Position numbers and translations under genes: made by a program
The notes under the pieces: generated by a model
What the model was told of the DNA's origin: nothing
The model's database searches: none
The model's input: the letters and a program-made list of their open reading frames with translations, nothing else
Shown: positions 8,822-16,467 of the stretch, in pieces
How the letters are laid out: each line of letters opens with the position of its first letter
Position numbering within the stretch: position 1 is the first letter of the stretch
Source of the DNA: Candidatus Micrarchaeota archaeon
GTDB lineage: Archaea > Micrarchaeota > Micrarchaeia > Anstonellales > Bilamarchaeaceae
Direction of reading: 5' to 3'
NCBI GenBank assembly: GCA_040753215.1
Contig: JBFMEZ010000002.1
Span: 1 to 23,378, forward strand
DNA length: 23,378 bases

Positions 8822-9262
8822 ATGAAAAGGATTCATCACACCGCAATTCTCGAAGGCGACGTTGAGCTCGGGGACTGGGTCGGCGTTTCCGCGTATGCTG
8901 TGCTGCGCGGGGATGAGGGGAAGATAAGTGTGGGGGACCGCTCGAACATCCAGGAGCACTGCACCCTGCACGGGAAAGGCGTTTCAGTGGGCGAGGGCGT
9001 TACGGTCGGTCACGGCGCCACTTTGCATGGCTGCAAAATAGGGAACAATGTGCTGGTTGGGATGGGCGCAATAATAATGGACGGTGCGGAGATAGGCGAC
9101 TGGTGCATAATCGGCGCTGGCGCAGTGGTAACGCCCGGGATGAGGGTAGAATCCGGCTCTTTGGTTGTAGGCCTTCCCGCAGAAGTAGTCCGCAAAATAG
9201 GTGAAGAAGACAAGAAGCTGATTGTCCATTCCGCTGAAAATTACATAAGAAAAATAAGGTGA
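8822..9262 (+). CDS. Gamma-carbonic anhydrase family protein (YrdA/CaiE-like left-handed beta-helix)
   Basis: AVLRGD, SNIQE, three Zn-ligand His (TLHG, VGHG, TLHG), hexapeptide repeats, GLPA; start MKRIHH at 8822. Confidence 0.93.
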   Translation: MKRIHHTAILEGDVELGDWVGVSAYAVLRGDEGKISVGDRSNIQEHCTLHGKGVSVGEGVTVGHGATLHGCKIGNNVLVGMGAIIMDGAEIGDWCIIGAGAVVTPGMRVESGSLVVGLPAEVVRKIGEEDKKLIVHSAENYIRKIR

Positions 9263-9321
9263 GCGGCCGGGGCATCCATATTAAAGAATTGCCCTTCAAA
9301 CCCATGGGCACAGGTGAATGC

Positions 9322-9480
9322 ATGTCCATAGTTGAATACGGGGAATACAAGGGCAACAGGCTGATAATCCTGAAGAGGACCGAAGACGACAAGTATCCGT
9401 TCAGCTTCGGGAAGGGGAAGGCGCGCCTCATAGTGGAGAATTTCGAGGCAATAAAGAGGTTCGCGGAGGAAGAGGAATAG
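9322..9480 (+). CDS. Small hypothetical protein (52 aa), beta-strands plus C-terminal helix
   Basis: GGTGA RBS before ATG 9322; MSIVEYGEYKGNRLIILKRTEDDKYPFSFGKGKARLIVENFEAIKRFAEEEE is protein-like with biased codon use. Confidence 0.8.
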   Translation: MSIVEYGEYKGNRLIILKRTEDDKYPFSFGKGKARLIVENFEAIKRFAEEEE

Positions 9481-9524
9481 GATATTTCTTTTCTATTCTT
9501 ATAGGAATATTCGTTTCAGCAACA

Positions 9525-9559
9525 TATAAAAAGGGCGGAAAAGCATCACTTTCCGGTGA
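9525..9559 (+). promoter_or_regulatory. metK promoter region: TATA box, CGGAAA-N8-TTTCCG inverted repeat, GGTGA RBS
   Basis: TATAAAAA 9525-9532, inverted repeat 9536-9555, GGTGA 9555-9559, ATG 9566. Confidence 0.5.
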
Positions 9560-9565
9560 TTCTGC

Positions 9566-10726
9566 ATGACAAGCAGCAACTATCTTTTCACTTCGGAATC
9601 GGTGACCGAGGGCCACCCGGACAAGCTCTGCGACCAGGTTTCTGACAGGATACTGGACGAGCTCATAAAGCAGGACCCGAAGGCGCGCGTTGCGGTTGAG
9701 ACCGCAGCAACCGCCGGCCTGATGGTCGTGATGGGGGAGATAACCACCTCAGGGTACGTGGAATTCCAGCAGGTCGTGCGCGATGTTATAAGGGACGCGG
9801 GGTATGTGAAGCCCGAATACCTTTTTGACTACCGCACCTGCGGGGTGCTCGCCTCCATCCACGAGCAGTCCCCGGACATCGCGCAGGGCGTGAATGTGAC
9901 CGCAAAGCATGAGCAGGGTGCGGGCGACCAGGGGATAATGTTCGGGTGCGCGATGCGCGAAACCCCGGAACTCATGCCACTCCCAATAATGTATGCGCAC
10001 AGGCTCGCGAAGAGGCTCGCGGAGGTGCGCAGGGACGGGACCCTGCCTTACCTGCGTCCGGACGGCAAGTCGCAGATTACAATAGAGTATAAGGACCACA
10101 AGCCCGTGCGCGCACATACGGTCGTGCTCGCGGCGCAGCACGATGAGGACATCTCTCTTGATAAATTGAGGAAGGATTTGCTTGAAGAGGTTATTAAGCC
10201 GGTGTGCGGCAATTTGTATGATAAAAATACGATTGCGCACATAAACGGGACCGGGAAATTCGTCCTTGGCGGCCCTGCCGCGGACACAGGGGTGACAGGC
10301 CGCAAGATCATACTGGACACTTACGGGGGAAGGGGCCACCATGGAGGAGGGTGCTTCTCTGGAAAGGACCCCTCCAAGGTTGACCGCTCCGGCGCGTACA
10401 TGTCCCGCTACGTTGCAAAGAACATAGTCGCCGCCGGGATTGCGGACCACTGCGAAGTGCAGATTTCCTATGTGATAGGGGTTCCGAAGCCACTTTCCGT
10501 CTTTGTGGATACCAGGGGCACCGCAAAAATCCCCGTAGGCAAAATAGAGGAACTGGTGAAGGAGCACTTCTCCTTCAAGCCGGCGGACATGATAAGCAAG
10601 CTGGACCTGCTCCGCCCAATCTATTACAAAACATCCGTATACGGGCACTTCGGGAGGGCAGAGCCGGATTTCACCTGGGAGAAGACGGACATGGCGGAGA
10701 AATTAAGGAGCGAGGCCGGCCTTTGA
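9566..10726 (+). CDS. metK: S-adenosylmethionine synthetase, bacterial/eukaryotic type
   Basis: [68 protein letters not shown]. Confidence 0.98.
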   Translation: MTSSNYLFTSESVTEGHPDKLCDQVSDRILDELIKQDPKARVAVETAATAGLMVVMGEITTSGYVEFQQVVRDVIRDAGYVKPEYLFDYRTCGVLASIHEQSPDIAQGVNVTAKHEQGAGDQGIMFGCAMRETPELMPLPIMYAHRLAKRLAEVRRDGTLPYLRPDGKSQITIEYKDHKPVRAHTVVLAAQHDEDISLDKLRKDLLEEVIKPVCGNLYDKNTIAHINGTGKFVLGGPAADTGVTGRKIILDTYGGRGHHGGGCFSGKDPSKVDRSGAYMSRYVAKNIVAAGIADHCEVQISYVIGVPKPLSVFVDTRGTAKIPVGKIEELVKEHFSFKPADMISKLDLLRPIYYKTSVYGHFGRAEPDFTWEKTDMAEKLRSEAGL

Positions 10727-10727
10727 T

Positions 10728-10925
10728 TCACTTCTTTTCCGCCGGCACCTGCCTGTAGAACTTCACCTTTCCGGCCTCCTTCCCGCATTTCCCGCAATAC
10801 ACGACCAGGCTCTCCTTTTTCTTTTGTATCTTTCCGCCTTCCGAGCGGATTTCAAAATCCCTGCCCGCCACATCAGAATAGATGAAGATTTCATTGCCGC
10901 ATTTGCATTTCAGCCTGCCTTCCAT
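10728..10925 (-). CDS. Small zinc-ribbon protein (65 aa)
   Basis: CKCG...CGKC pairs; ATG 10925 lies at leaderless distance from the AT box at 10946-10958. Confidence 0.75.
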   Translation of the reverse strand: MEGRLKCKCGNEIFIYSDVAGRDFEIRSEGGKIQKKKESLVVYCGKCGKEAGKVKFYRQVPAEKK

Positions 10926-10986
10926 AGCCCTGTTCTTAATCCACCTTATTTTAAATTTTGCCTTCCATATGCCCACAGGTGTCTAT

Positions 10987-11961
10987 ATGGAAAGGATGAA
11001 GATTGCGCTATTGTTCGGCGCATTGCTGATTATTGCCGGCTGCGCGCAGCAGCCTGCCCCGGAACAGCCTGCGAATGTGACTCCCCCGGAGCAGCAGCCA
11101 ACCCCGCCGGGCGGGGACAGGGATGCGTACGGGTGCATTCCTTCCGCGGGCTACTCCTGGTGCGAAGCCAAGCAGAAGTGCCTGCGCGTATGGGAGGAAC
11201 CCTGCATCGCAGGGACGCATGATATAGAATGGGCCCGCAGCATCGCGGAAGCAAGCCCGTGTGTGGAGAGGGGCAACCTCACCGATACGTATGTATTCAA
11301 TGAGAATACGCGGACTTGGTGGATTGATATGGATACAGTTGCCCCAGGCTGCGCCCCTGCCTGCGTGGTGAGCGAGGATACTGCCACCGCGGAAATAAAC
11401 TGGAGGTGCACAGGCGCGCTTCCCCCCGAGGCGATGGGCCCATGCACCGCCCCCGTAACCGGAAAGAGCATGGAACTTTCCCGCGCAATAGAGATTGCGG
11501 AGGCAAGCATCTGCACGAATGAGGGAACGCTCGATGCCAACTATGTATGCAATGAGAATACAGGAACCTGGTGGATAGACATAGTCCCGGCAATCCCAAG
11601 AGAAGGATGCTCCCCTGCATGCGTTGTGAACATAAATTCCGGGACCGCTGAAGTTAATTACAGGTGCACCGGCCTCGTACTGGAGGGCAGGGCAGCTCCT
11701 CCGCCAGTAAATGTTGGGGGCGATGCGTGCTTCTCCAACGCCACCGGGAAGAGCATCAGCCTCGCGCGCGCAATAAACATCTCCCTCGGGAGCATATGCA
11801 TGAACATCGGGTCCCTTGATGCAACCCACTATGTGTGCAATACCGACGCCGGCACCTGGTGGCTGGACATAAACCCGGCTGCTCCAATGGAAGGGTGCAA
11901 CCCCGCCTGCGTGGTGAACGTGAATTCCGAAACGGCAGATGTGAACTGGAGATGCGGCTGA
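10987..11961 (+). CDS. Cys-rich surface lipoprotein: GGDRD-GCIxSAGY module plus three tandem TWWID/GCxPACVV domains
   Basis: Signal peptide ending IIAGC, Pro/Gln linker, GGDRDAYGCIPSAGYSWCEAKQKCLRVWEEPC, three internal repeats; AGGTG RBS. Confidence 0.9.
   Translation: MERMKIALLFGALLIIAGCAQQPAPEQPANVTPPEQQPTPPGGDRDAYGCIPSAGYSWCEAKQKCLRVWEEPCIAGTHDIEWARSIAEASPCVERGNLTDTYVFNENTRTWWIDMDTVAPGCAPACVVSEDTATAEINWRCTGALPPEAMGPCTAPVTGKSMELSRAIEIAEASICTNEGTLDANYVCNENTGTWWIDIVPAIPREGCSPACVVNINSGTAEVNYRCTGLVLEGRAAPPPVNVGGDACFSNATGKSISLARAINISLGSICMNIGSLDATHYVCNTDAGTWWLDINPAAPMEGCNPACVVNVNSETADVNWRCG
11233..11958 (+). repeat. Three intragenic protein-domain repeats (~60-77 aa)
   Basis: Units ~11233-11415, 11443-11673, 11728-11958 share AxxIxxxSxC...GxL...Y(V)xNxxxxTWW(I/L)D...GCxPACVV...TA(E/D)(I/V)N(W/Y)RC. 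Confidence 0.9.
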
Positions 11962-12052
11962 GCCGCTCTCCTTTAATTTTTTAATTCCCATTATCCGGGC
12001 CCGAATCCCAGCTTTTATAAATGGTAAAGCTGAACCCTTTCCGGGGGTGCAT

Positions 12053-12550
12053 ATGAGAAACAAGGTGCTTGCCCTCGTGTTTGGGCTTCTCGGGGCAGTT
12101 GTGATAATCGCCGGCCTTTACTATGCGCTGAATTACCTCGGCTACATCGGCAACCTGCTGATTTCATTCTTTTCCGCGAACAGCGTGGACAGCATCAACA
12201 GGTGCGGCCTCTATGTCCCGCAGGGGTTCAACGAGATAAGGGACCAGATAGCCACAAGCATCCTTCCGATGCTATACCTTGGCGCCCCGCTCGCACTGCT
12301 TGTTATTTCTATACTGATGTTCCTCAGCGGCTATTTCTGCGGCAAGCACACGATGGAGCGCGAGGCCGAAGCGCGGAAGCAGAGGGAGGAGCACATCCAG
12401 CGCGAGGTGGAGAGGCGGATGGGAGGAAAGCCTGGAGAACAGCCATCCGGTGAGAAGAGGCCGCCTGAAGTAAAACCGGCAAAGCCCTCCGAAGGGGCGG
12501 AAGCAAGGCCGGCCGAAAAGGGAAGGCAGCCTCCTTCCAGAAAACAATAG
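12053..12550 (+). CDS. Hypothetical membrane protein (2 TM segments, charged/Pro-rich tail)
   Basis: Two long hydrophobic segments; TTTATAAA at 12014-12021 and GGGGTG RBS. Confidence 0.8.
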   Translation: MRNKVLALVFGLLGAVVIIAGLYYALNYLGYIGNLLISFFSANSVDSINRCGLYVPQGFNEIRDQIATSILPMLYLGAPLALLVISILMFLSGYFCGKHTMEREAEARKQREEHIQREVERRMGGKPGEQPSGEKRPPEVKPAKPSEGAEARPAEKGRQPPSRKQ

Positions 12551-12587
12551 GTGCGCAATATAAATTTTGCCTCCGAATGCAGGGCCG

Positions 12588-13100
12588 ATGAGGGGGTTTC
12601 TGCTGCTTTTCCTGCTGCTGGCCGGCTGCGTGCAGGAGCAGCGGGAAATCCTGGAGGTGAGCGCAATGAGACTGGAAAGCCCCGCATTTGAAAATGGAGG
12701 AACCATGCCGGAAAAGTATTCCTGCGACGGAGAGGATGTTAGCCCTGAATTGAGGTTAAATGGCGTGCCAAATGGCACGAATAGCCTTGCGCTGGTAATG
12801 GACGACCCGGATGCGCCTACGGGCACGTTCGTGCATTGGGTGGCCTGGAACATCCCTTCCGGAATAAGAACAGTACCTGAAGATTCCTCTCCCGGAGTGG
12901 ACGGAACAAATGATTTCGGGAGAACCGGCTACGGAGGCCCGTGCCCGCCCCCCGGCCCGGCGCACAATTACCGCTTCAGGATTTATGCGCTGGACGCGAC
13001 CCTTAATCTTTCCACAGGCTCCACGCGGGCGCAGCTTGATTCTGCGATGCAGGGGCACATCCTTGCGCAGGCGGAGCTCCGCGGGAAGTATGGAAGATAG
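12588..13100 (+). CDS. YbhB/YbcL family (PEBP / Raf kinase inhibitor-like) protein with lipoprotein signal
   Basis: SPAF, KYSCDGEDVSP, MDDPDAP, FVHWV, NDFGRTGYGGPCPP, HNYRFRIYALD; N-terminal LLLLAGC. Confidence 0.95.
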   Translation: MRGFLLLFLLLAGCVQEQREILEVSAMRLESPAFENGGTMPEKYSCDGEDVSPELRLNGVPNGTNSLALVMDDPDAPTGTFVHWVAWNIPSGIRTVPEDSSPGVDGTNDFGRTGYGGPCPPPGPAHNYRFRIYALDATLNLSTGSTRAQLDSAMQGHILAQAELRGKYGR

Positions 13101-13212
13101 GCTTATTCCGAATCTGAATGGTTCCAGGGAGGTGCTTGAGGACGGCAGCATCTGCTGTTCCATCAATGTGGAAGTGGTTTGCGGGAACCTTCTCACAAAA
13201 TGATGCCAGCAT

Positions 13213-14577
13213 TCAGAGCTTAATCGCCTTCCCCTTCTCCATCCTCATAACTCCCCTGCAATTCTTCTCAAACAAATCGCTCCTTAGAGTATGCACCGGA
13301 AATACCCTCTTCGCCCCCACCTTCTTAACCATCTCAAATATTGTGCTTTTCGGCGCATGCCCGGATGCGTGCAGTTGAAGGTGCTCCAGCCCGAAATGCC
13401 TCACCCAGCCCCCAAGCACCCTGCTCCCAAGCAGTGAAATTGGATCTTCCTCAAAAGGCTCGCTCATGGAATGCACAAGCACCCCTCCCTCCGGCCTCAC
13501 ATCTATAAGCTCAGGAAGCCCCCAGAAATCCGCCTCAAATATGAATTTCCCCGGCTTCTCCCTTATCTCATCGGGGGAAACCCCGTCCGCCCGGAACTTC
13601 TCCTCCCATTTTGAATACTTTTTCAATTCCCTCCCGTATATCCTTATCCTTTCATCCCTAAGCGGGTCGGGGAGCCCCACCACATCCCCTTTCAATGCAT
13701 CCAATAAATGCGCAGTCTTCCTTGAAATCACCAGCTCCTTCCCCACCTCCCCGGCAACCTTCCAGAAGGTCCTGAGCCTGTCCAGGTCCTTCGGGTACCT
13801 CATCACCACTGCCGGCCTTTCCCCTCCCAGCGCCTTCCTGCTCCCCTCATACACCTCCCTCTCCCCGAAATCCTTCCTCTTCTCCTCCTCCAGCACCCTC
13901 GTCCCCTCTATTATGAGCGCCTCAGGCTCCGCCTTCCGCGCCTCCTCAATGAACTCCGCGCTCATCTCCGCCTTCGGCCCGTGCATCCTCAAATCCCCGG
14001 TGTATGCAACCGCTCCCTCCGGGGTTTCCGCGATGAACCCGTACGCCCCGGGCACCGAATGGTCCACGTGGATGGGCCTCACCTCCACATCCCCGACCCG
14101 TATCCGGTTTCCGGTTCCCGGTTTCCCGCTTCCGGTTCTGAAGGTTTCCAGCTTCAGGTGCTTATGCGCGCTCTCCTGCCTCGTGGTTATCCAGGTGCTC
14201 TCCAGTATCTTCCTCGTGCATTCTCCCATGTGCACCGGTATTTCCGGATGGAGGAAGCAGAGGTGCGCCCAGTGGTCCTGGTGCGCATGGGTGAGGAAGA
14301 CCGCATCAAACTCCGGTTCCGCATACTCCACATCCGTCCTTTCCACCGCCTCCCTCGAGTAGAGCCCCTTCAGCTTCGGGATAAGCCCGAACTCAAAATA
14401 ATCCCTTAGTCCGAACCTCTCCCTTGGCGCAAGGAAGGACTCCGGCAGGAAATATTCATCCAGCAGGGTAAAGGCCTCCCCAAAATCGAAGAAGATTCGG
14501 GCTTCTTTTGTTTCAAGGAGGATTTTGTTTCCGCCTATCTCATTTATGCCTCCGTAGAAAGTTAAGGAAAGTGACAT
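13213..14577 (-). CDS. Metallo-beta-lactamase / beta-CASP ribonuclease, RNase J-like
   Basis: FYGGINEIGGNK, FDFG, THAHQDH, VDHSVPG, YTGD(L)R, IIEGT, HASGH, FPVHT; start MSLSLTF at 14577. Confidence 0.92.
   Translation of the reverse strand: MSLSLTFYGGINEIGGNKILLETKEARIFFDFGEAFTLLDEYFLPESFLAPRERFGLRDYFEFGLIPKLKGLYSREAVERTDVEYAEPEFDAVFLTHAHQDHWAHLCFLHPEIPVHMGECTRKILESTWITTRQESAHKHLKLETFRTGSGKPGTGNRIRVGDVEVRPIHVDHSVPGAYGFIAETPEGAVAYTGDLRMHGPKAEMSAEFIEEARKAEPEALIIEGTRVLEEEKRKDFGEREVYEGSRKALGGERPAVVMRYPKDLDRLRTFWKVAGEVGKELVISRKTAHLLDALKGDVVGLPDPLRDERIRIYGRELKKYSKWEEKFRADGVSPDEIREKPGKFIFEADFWGLPELIDVRPEGGVLVHSMSEPFEEDPISLLGSRVLGGWVRHFGLEHLQLHASGHAPKSTIFEMVKKVGAKRVFPVHTLRSDLFEKNCRGVMRMEKGKAIKL
14104..14138. 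repeat. Heptamer tandem array inside the RNase J-like gene
   Basis: CCGGTTT CCGGTTC CCGGTTT CCCGCTT CCGGTTC. Confidence 0.85.
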
Positions 14578-14629
14578 GTCAACCCAATCCAAAATCAGAT
14601 TAATAACCCTTTCCCGGCAGATCTACCCC

Positions 14630-15820
14630 ATGCCAAAGAAAGCATTTGAGACCTTCCGCAACCTTTCAATATTCGCATACGGCACTTTCGCCTTCATCGC
14701 AGGCACGCTCTCAATAATACTCCTTGAAAGGGGCATGAACCTTGCAGAGGTGGGCCTCTATTTTGCCCTTTATTCCGCCTCGGTATTCCTGCTGGAGGTG
14801 CCGAGCGGCGCATTCGCGGACGCATACGGGAGGAAGAAGGCAATCGTGCTGGGCTTCATCCTGCAGGCCGCATTCCTCGCCGGGTTCATCTTCCTTCCCA
14901 TCGGCCCCATATTCGTAGCATTTGCATTCATAGTCGCGGCCGCGGATGCGCTCCTCTCCGGCTCAACCGAGGCCCATGCGGTGGATATGCTCTACGAAAG
15001 GGGCAAGACAGACTACACCCACAAGCTCCTCTCTTCCGCAAGGGGCTGGCAGTACACGATCCTCCTCGCAGGCTCAATAATAGGGGGCTACCTCGCAACC
15101 TTCTCCGTCAGTTATGCGCTCGCGCTCTGCCTGCTTTCCGCAATAGGGGGCTTCTTTTACTCCCTTCTGTTTCTCACCGAAGCCTCAAGGAAGAAGGAAT
15201 TCGCCAAGGTGGAGCACGCGATATATGCCAACATCGCAAGGGCAGTGGCTGGCGCAAGGGGGAACACCTCCCTCCGCAGCGTGTATTTCCTTTCCTTCTG
15301 CTTTGGGCTTGCGACCTTCGGCCTTTTCTCCTACTGGCAACCGGTCATGGCAGGGCTTGCGGGGTGGGGCACCGATGCGCTGGGAGCTTTTTTCGCGCTC
15401 TTCAGCCTCATAGTCATAATAGCTTCAAAATTCTCCCATAAGCTCTCTCCCAACATCAGGGCCGCCTCCCTGATGGCGATTGGGATGGCCGCGCTTCTTT
15501 TCGCAAGTTCTATCGCACCTGCCGCACTGCTGGTAGCGGCGATAATCCTCTTCTGGGAAGCCCTTTGGGGCGCGTACATACCGCTGGACAGCACAATAAT
15601 CAACCAGAACACAGAATCCTCGTTCCGGGCCACTGCCATATCCGTAAATAACATGATTTTCCGGCTGGGGTGGGTTGTGATGGGGGGAGTAGTCCTACTT
15701 TTCGGAGTTTCGGAACCTCGCGCCTACTGGCTGGCAGGCTCCGTCCTTCTTTTCCTTGGGGCGGCCGCGGTTTTCCTGCTGGCAAGAGATGGCCCTCAGG
15801 CCCGCCTTCTCCCGAAATAA
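14630..15820 (+). CDS. Major facilitator superfamily transporter
   Basis: About 12 hydrophobic segments, EVPSGAFADAYGRK (motif A), RATAISV; start MPKKAF at 14630. Confidence 0.93.
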   Translation: MPKKAFETFRNLSIFAYGTFAFIAGTLSIILLERGMNLAEVGLYFALYSASVFLLEVPSGAFADAYGRKKAIVLGFILQAAFLAGFIFLPIGPIFVAFAFIVAAADALLSGSTEAHAVDMLYERGKTDYTHKLLSSARGWQYTILLAGSIIGGYLATFSVSYALALCLLSAIGGFFYSLLFLTEASRKKEFAKVEHAIYANIARAVAGARGNTSLRSVYFLSFCFGLATFGLFSYWQPVMAGLAGWGTDALGAFFALFSLIVIIASKFSHKLSPNIRAASLMAIGMAALLFASSIAPAALLVAAIILFWEALWGAYIPLDSTIINQNTESSFRATAISVNNMIFRLGWVVMGGVVLLFGVSEPRAYWLAGSVLLFLGAAAVFLLARDGPQARLLPK

Positions 15821-16467
15821 TAGCCCGCCAGCGCGGCAAGGAGAAGAACCACGGACGCGCCGCAGATGTACGGCCAGAATTTCCACGCATAGTCGAGCAG
15901 TCCCATAACCAGCCCTACAACCATCTCTGCCGGAGTAAGCTCCGGCACCTCGTCTATTGGATGCTCCACCAGCCCCGGAATTGTAAAGGGCTTCAATTCC
16001 GAGACATTGACTGCAGTATAAACTTCGTTCCCCTCCTCCGCGCAATCGGTGGGGCAGGAAAGGTAATCCTCCTCCCCACTACAGACAGAATCCCGGTTGC
16101 AAAGGAATTCAAACGTGTATTCTGCTATCCTGGTATCGCCTGCATAGAGGTTGACTGCCTGCCTTTCCGACGCATAGGGCACATAGCCCCTTATTGGCGC
16201 AACCCTCTCCTCCATCCCGCCCCCGCTCATCCCGTCCCAGAACACTATATCCATCGGTGCAGAGAAGCGCTGCGAAAAAATTATTTCTCCAGCCTCCACC
16301 ACTTCAATGCGGTATTCGCCTGTTATGGAATCATTCTGCACGGCCGGCTCACCCCCAAGCACGGTTGCATATTCAAGCGAATAGTTGTAGGGATCTATCA
16401 CAAGGTAAAGGTTGTTCGCAAAGCAGCCCGCCACCAGAAGAATTGTCATCATCCATACATACTTCAT
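15796..16467 (-). CDS. Exported protein with CxxDxxC...CPxDC module and C-terminal TM anchor
   Basis: Signal peptide MKYVWMMTILLVAGC, CNRDSVCSGEEDYLSCPTDC, C-terminal hydrophobic helix then GRRRA; ATGA overlap with upstream peptidase stop. Confidence 0.85.
   Translation of the reverse strand: MKYVWMMTILLVAGCFANNLYLVIDPYNYSLEYATVLGGEPAVQNDSITGEYRIEVVEAGEIIFSQRFSAPMDIVFWDGMSGGGMEERVAPIRGYVPYASERQAVNLYAGDTRIAEYTFEFLCNRDSVCSGEEDYLSCPTDCAEEGNEVYTAVNVSELKPFTIPGLVEHPIDEVPELTPAEMVVGLVMGLLDYAWKFWPYICGASVVLLLAALAGYYFGRRRA

Noticed and set aside
9481..9565. Canonical SAM riboswitch upstream of metK
   Set aside because: The region is short and AT-rich, has no recognisable SAM-I/II/III consensus, and the predicted TSS leaves only a ~10-nt leader
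13090..13203. 37-aa ORF MEDRLIPNLNGSREVLEDGSICCSINVEVVCGNLLTK filling the gap after the PEBP gene
   Set aside because: No clear RBS or motif; cannot be distinguished from a chance ORF
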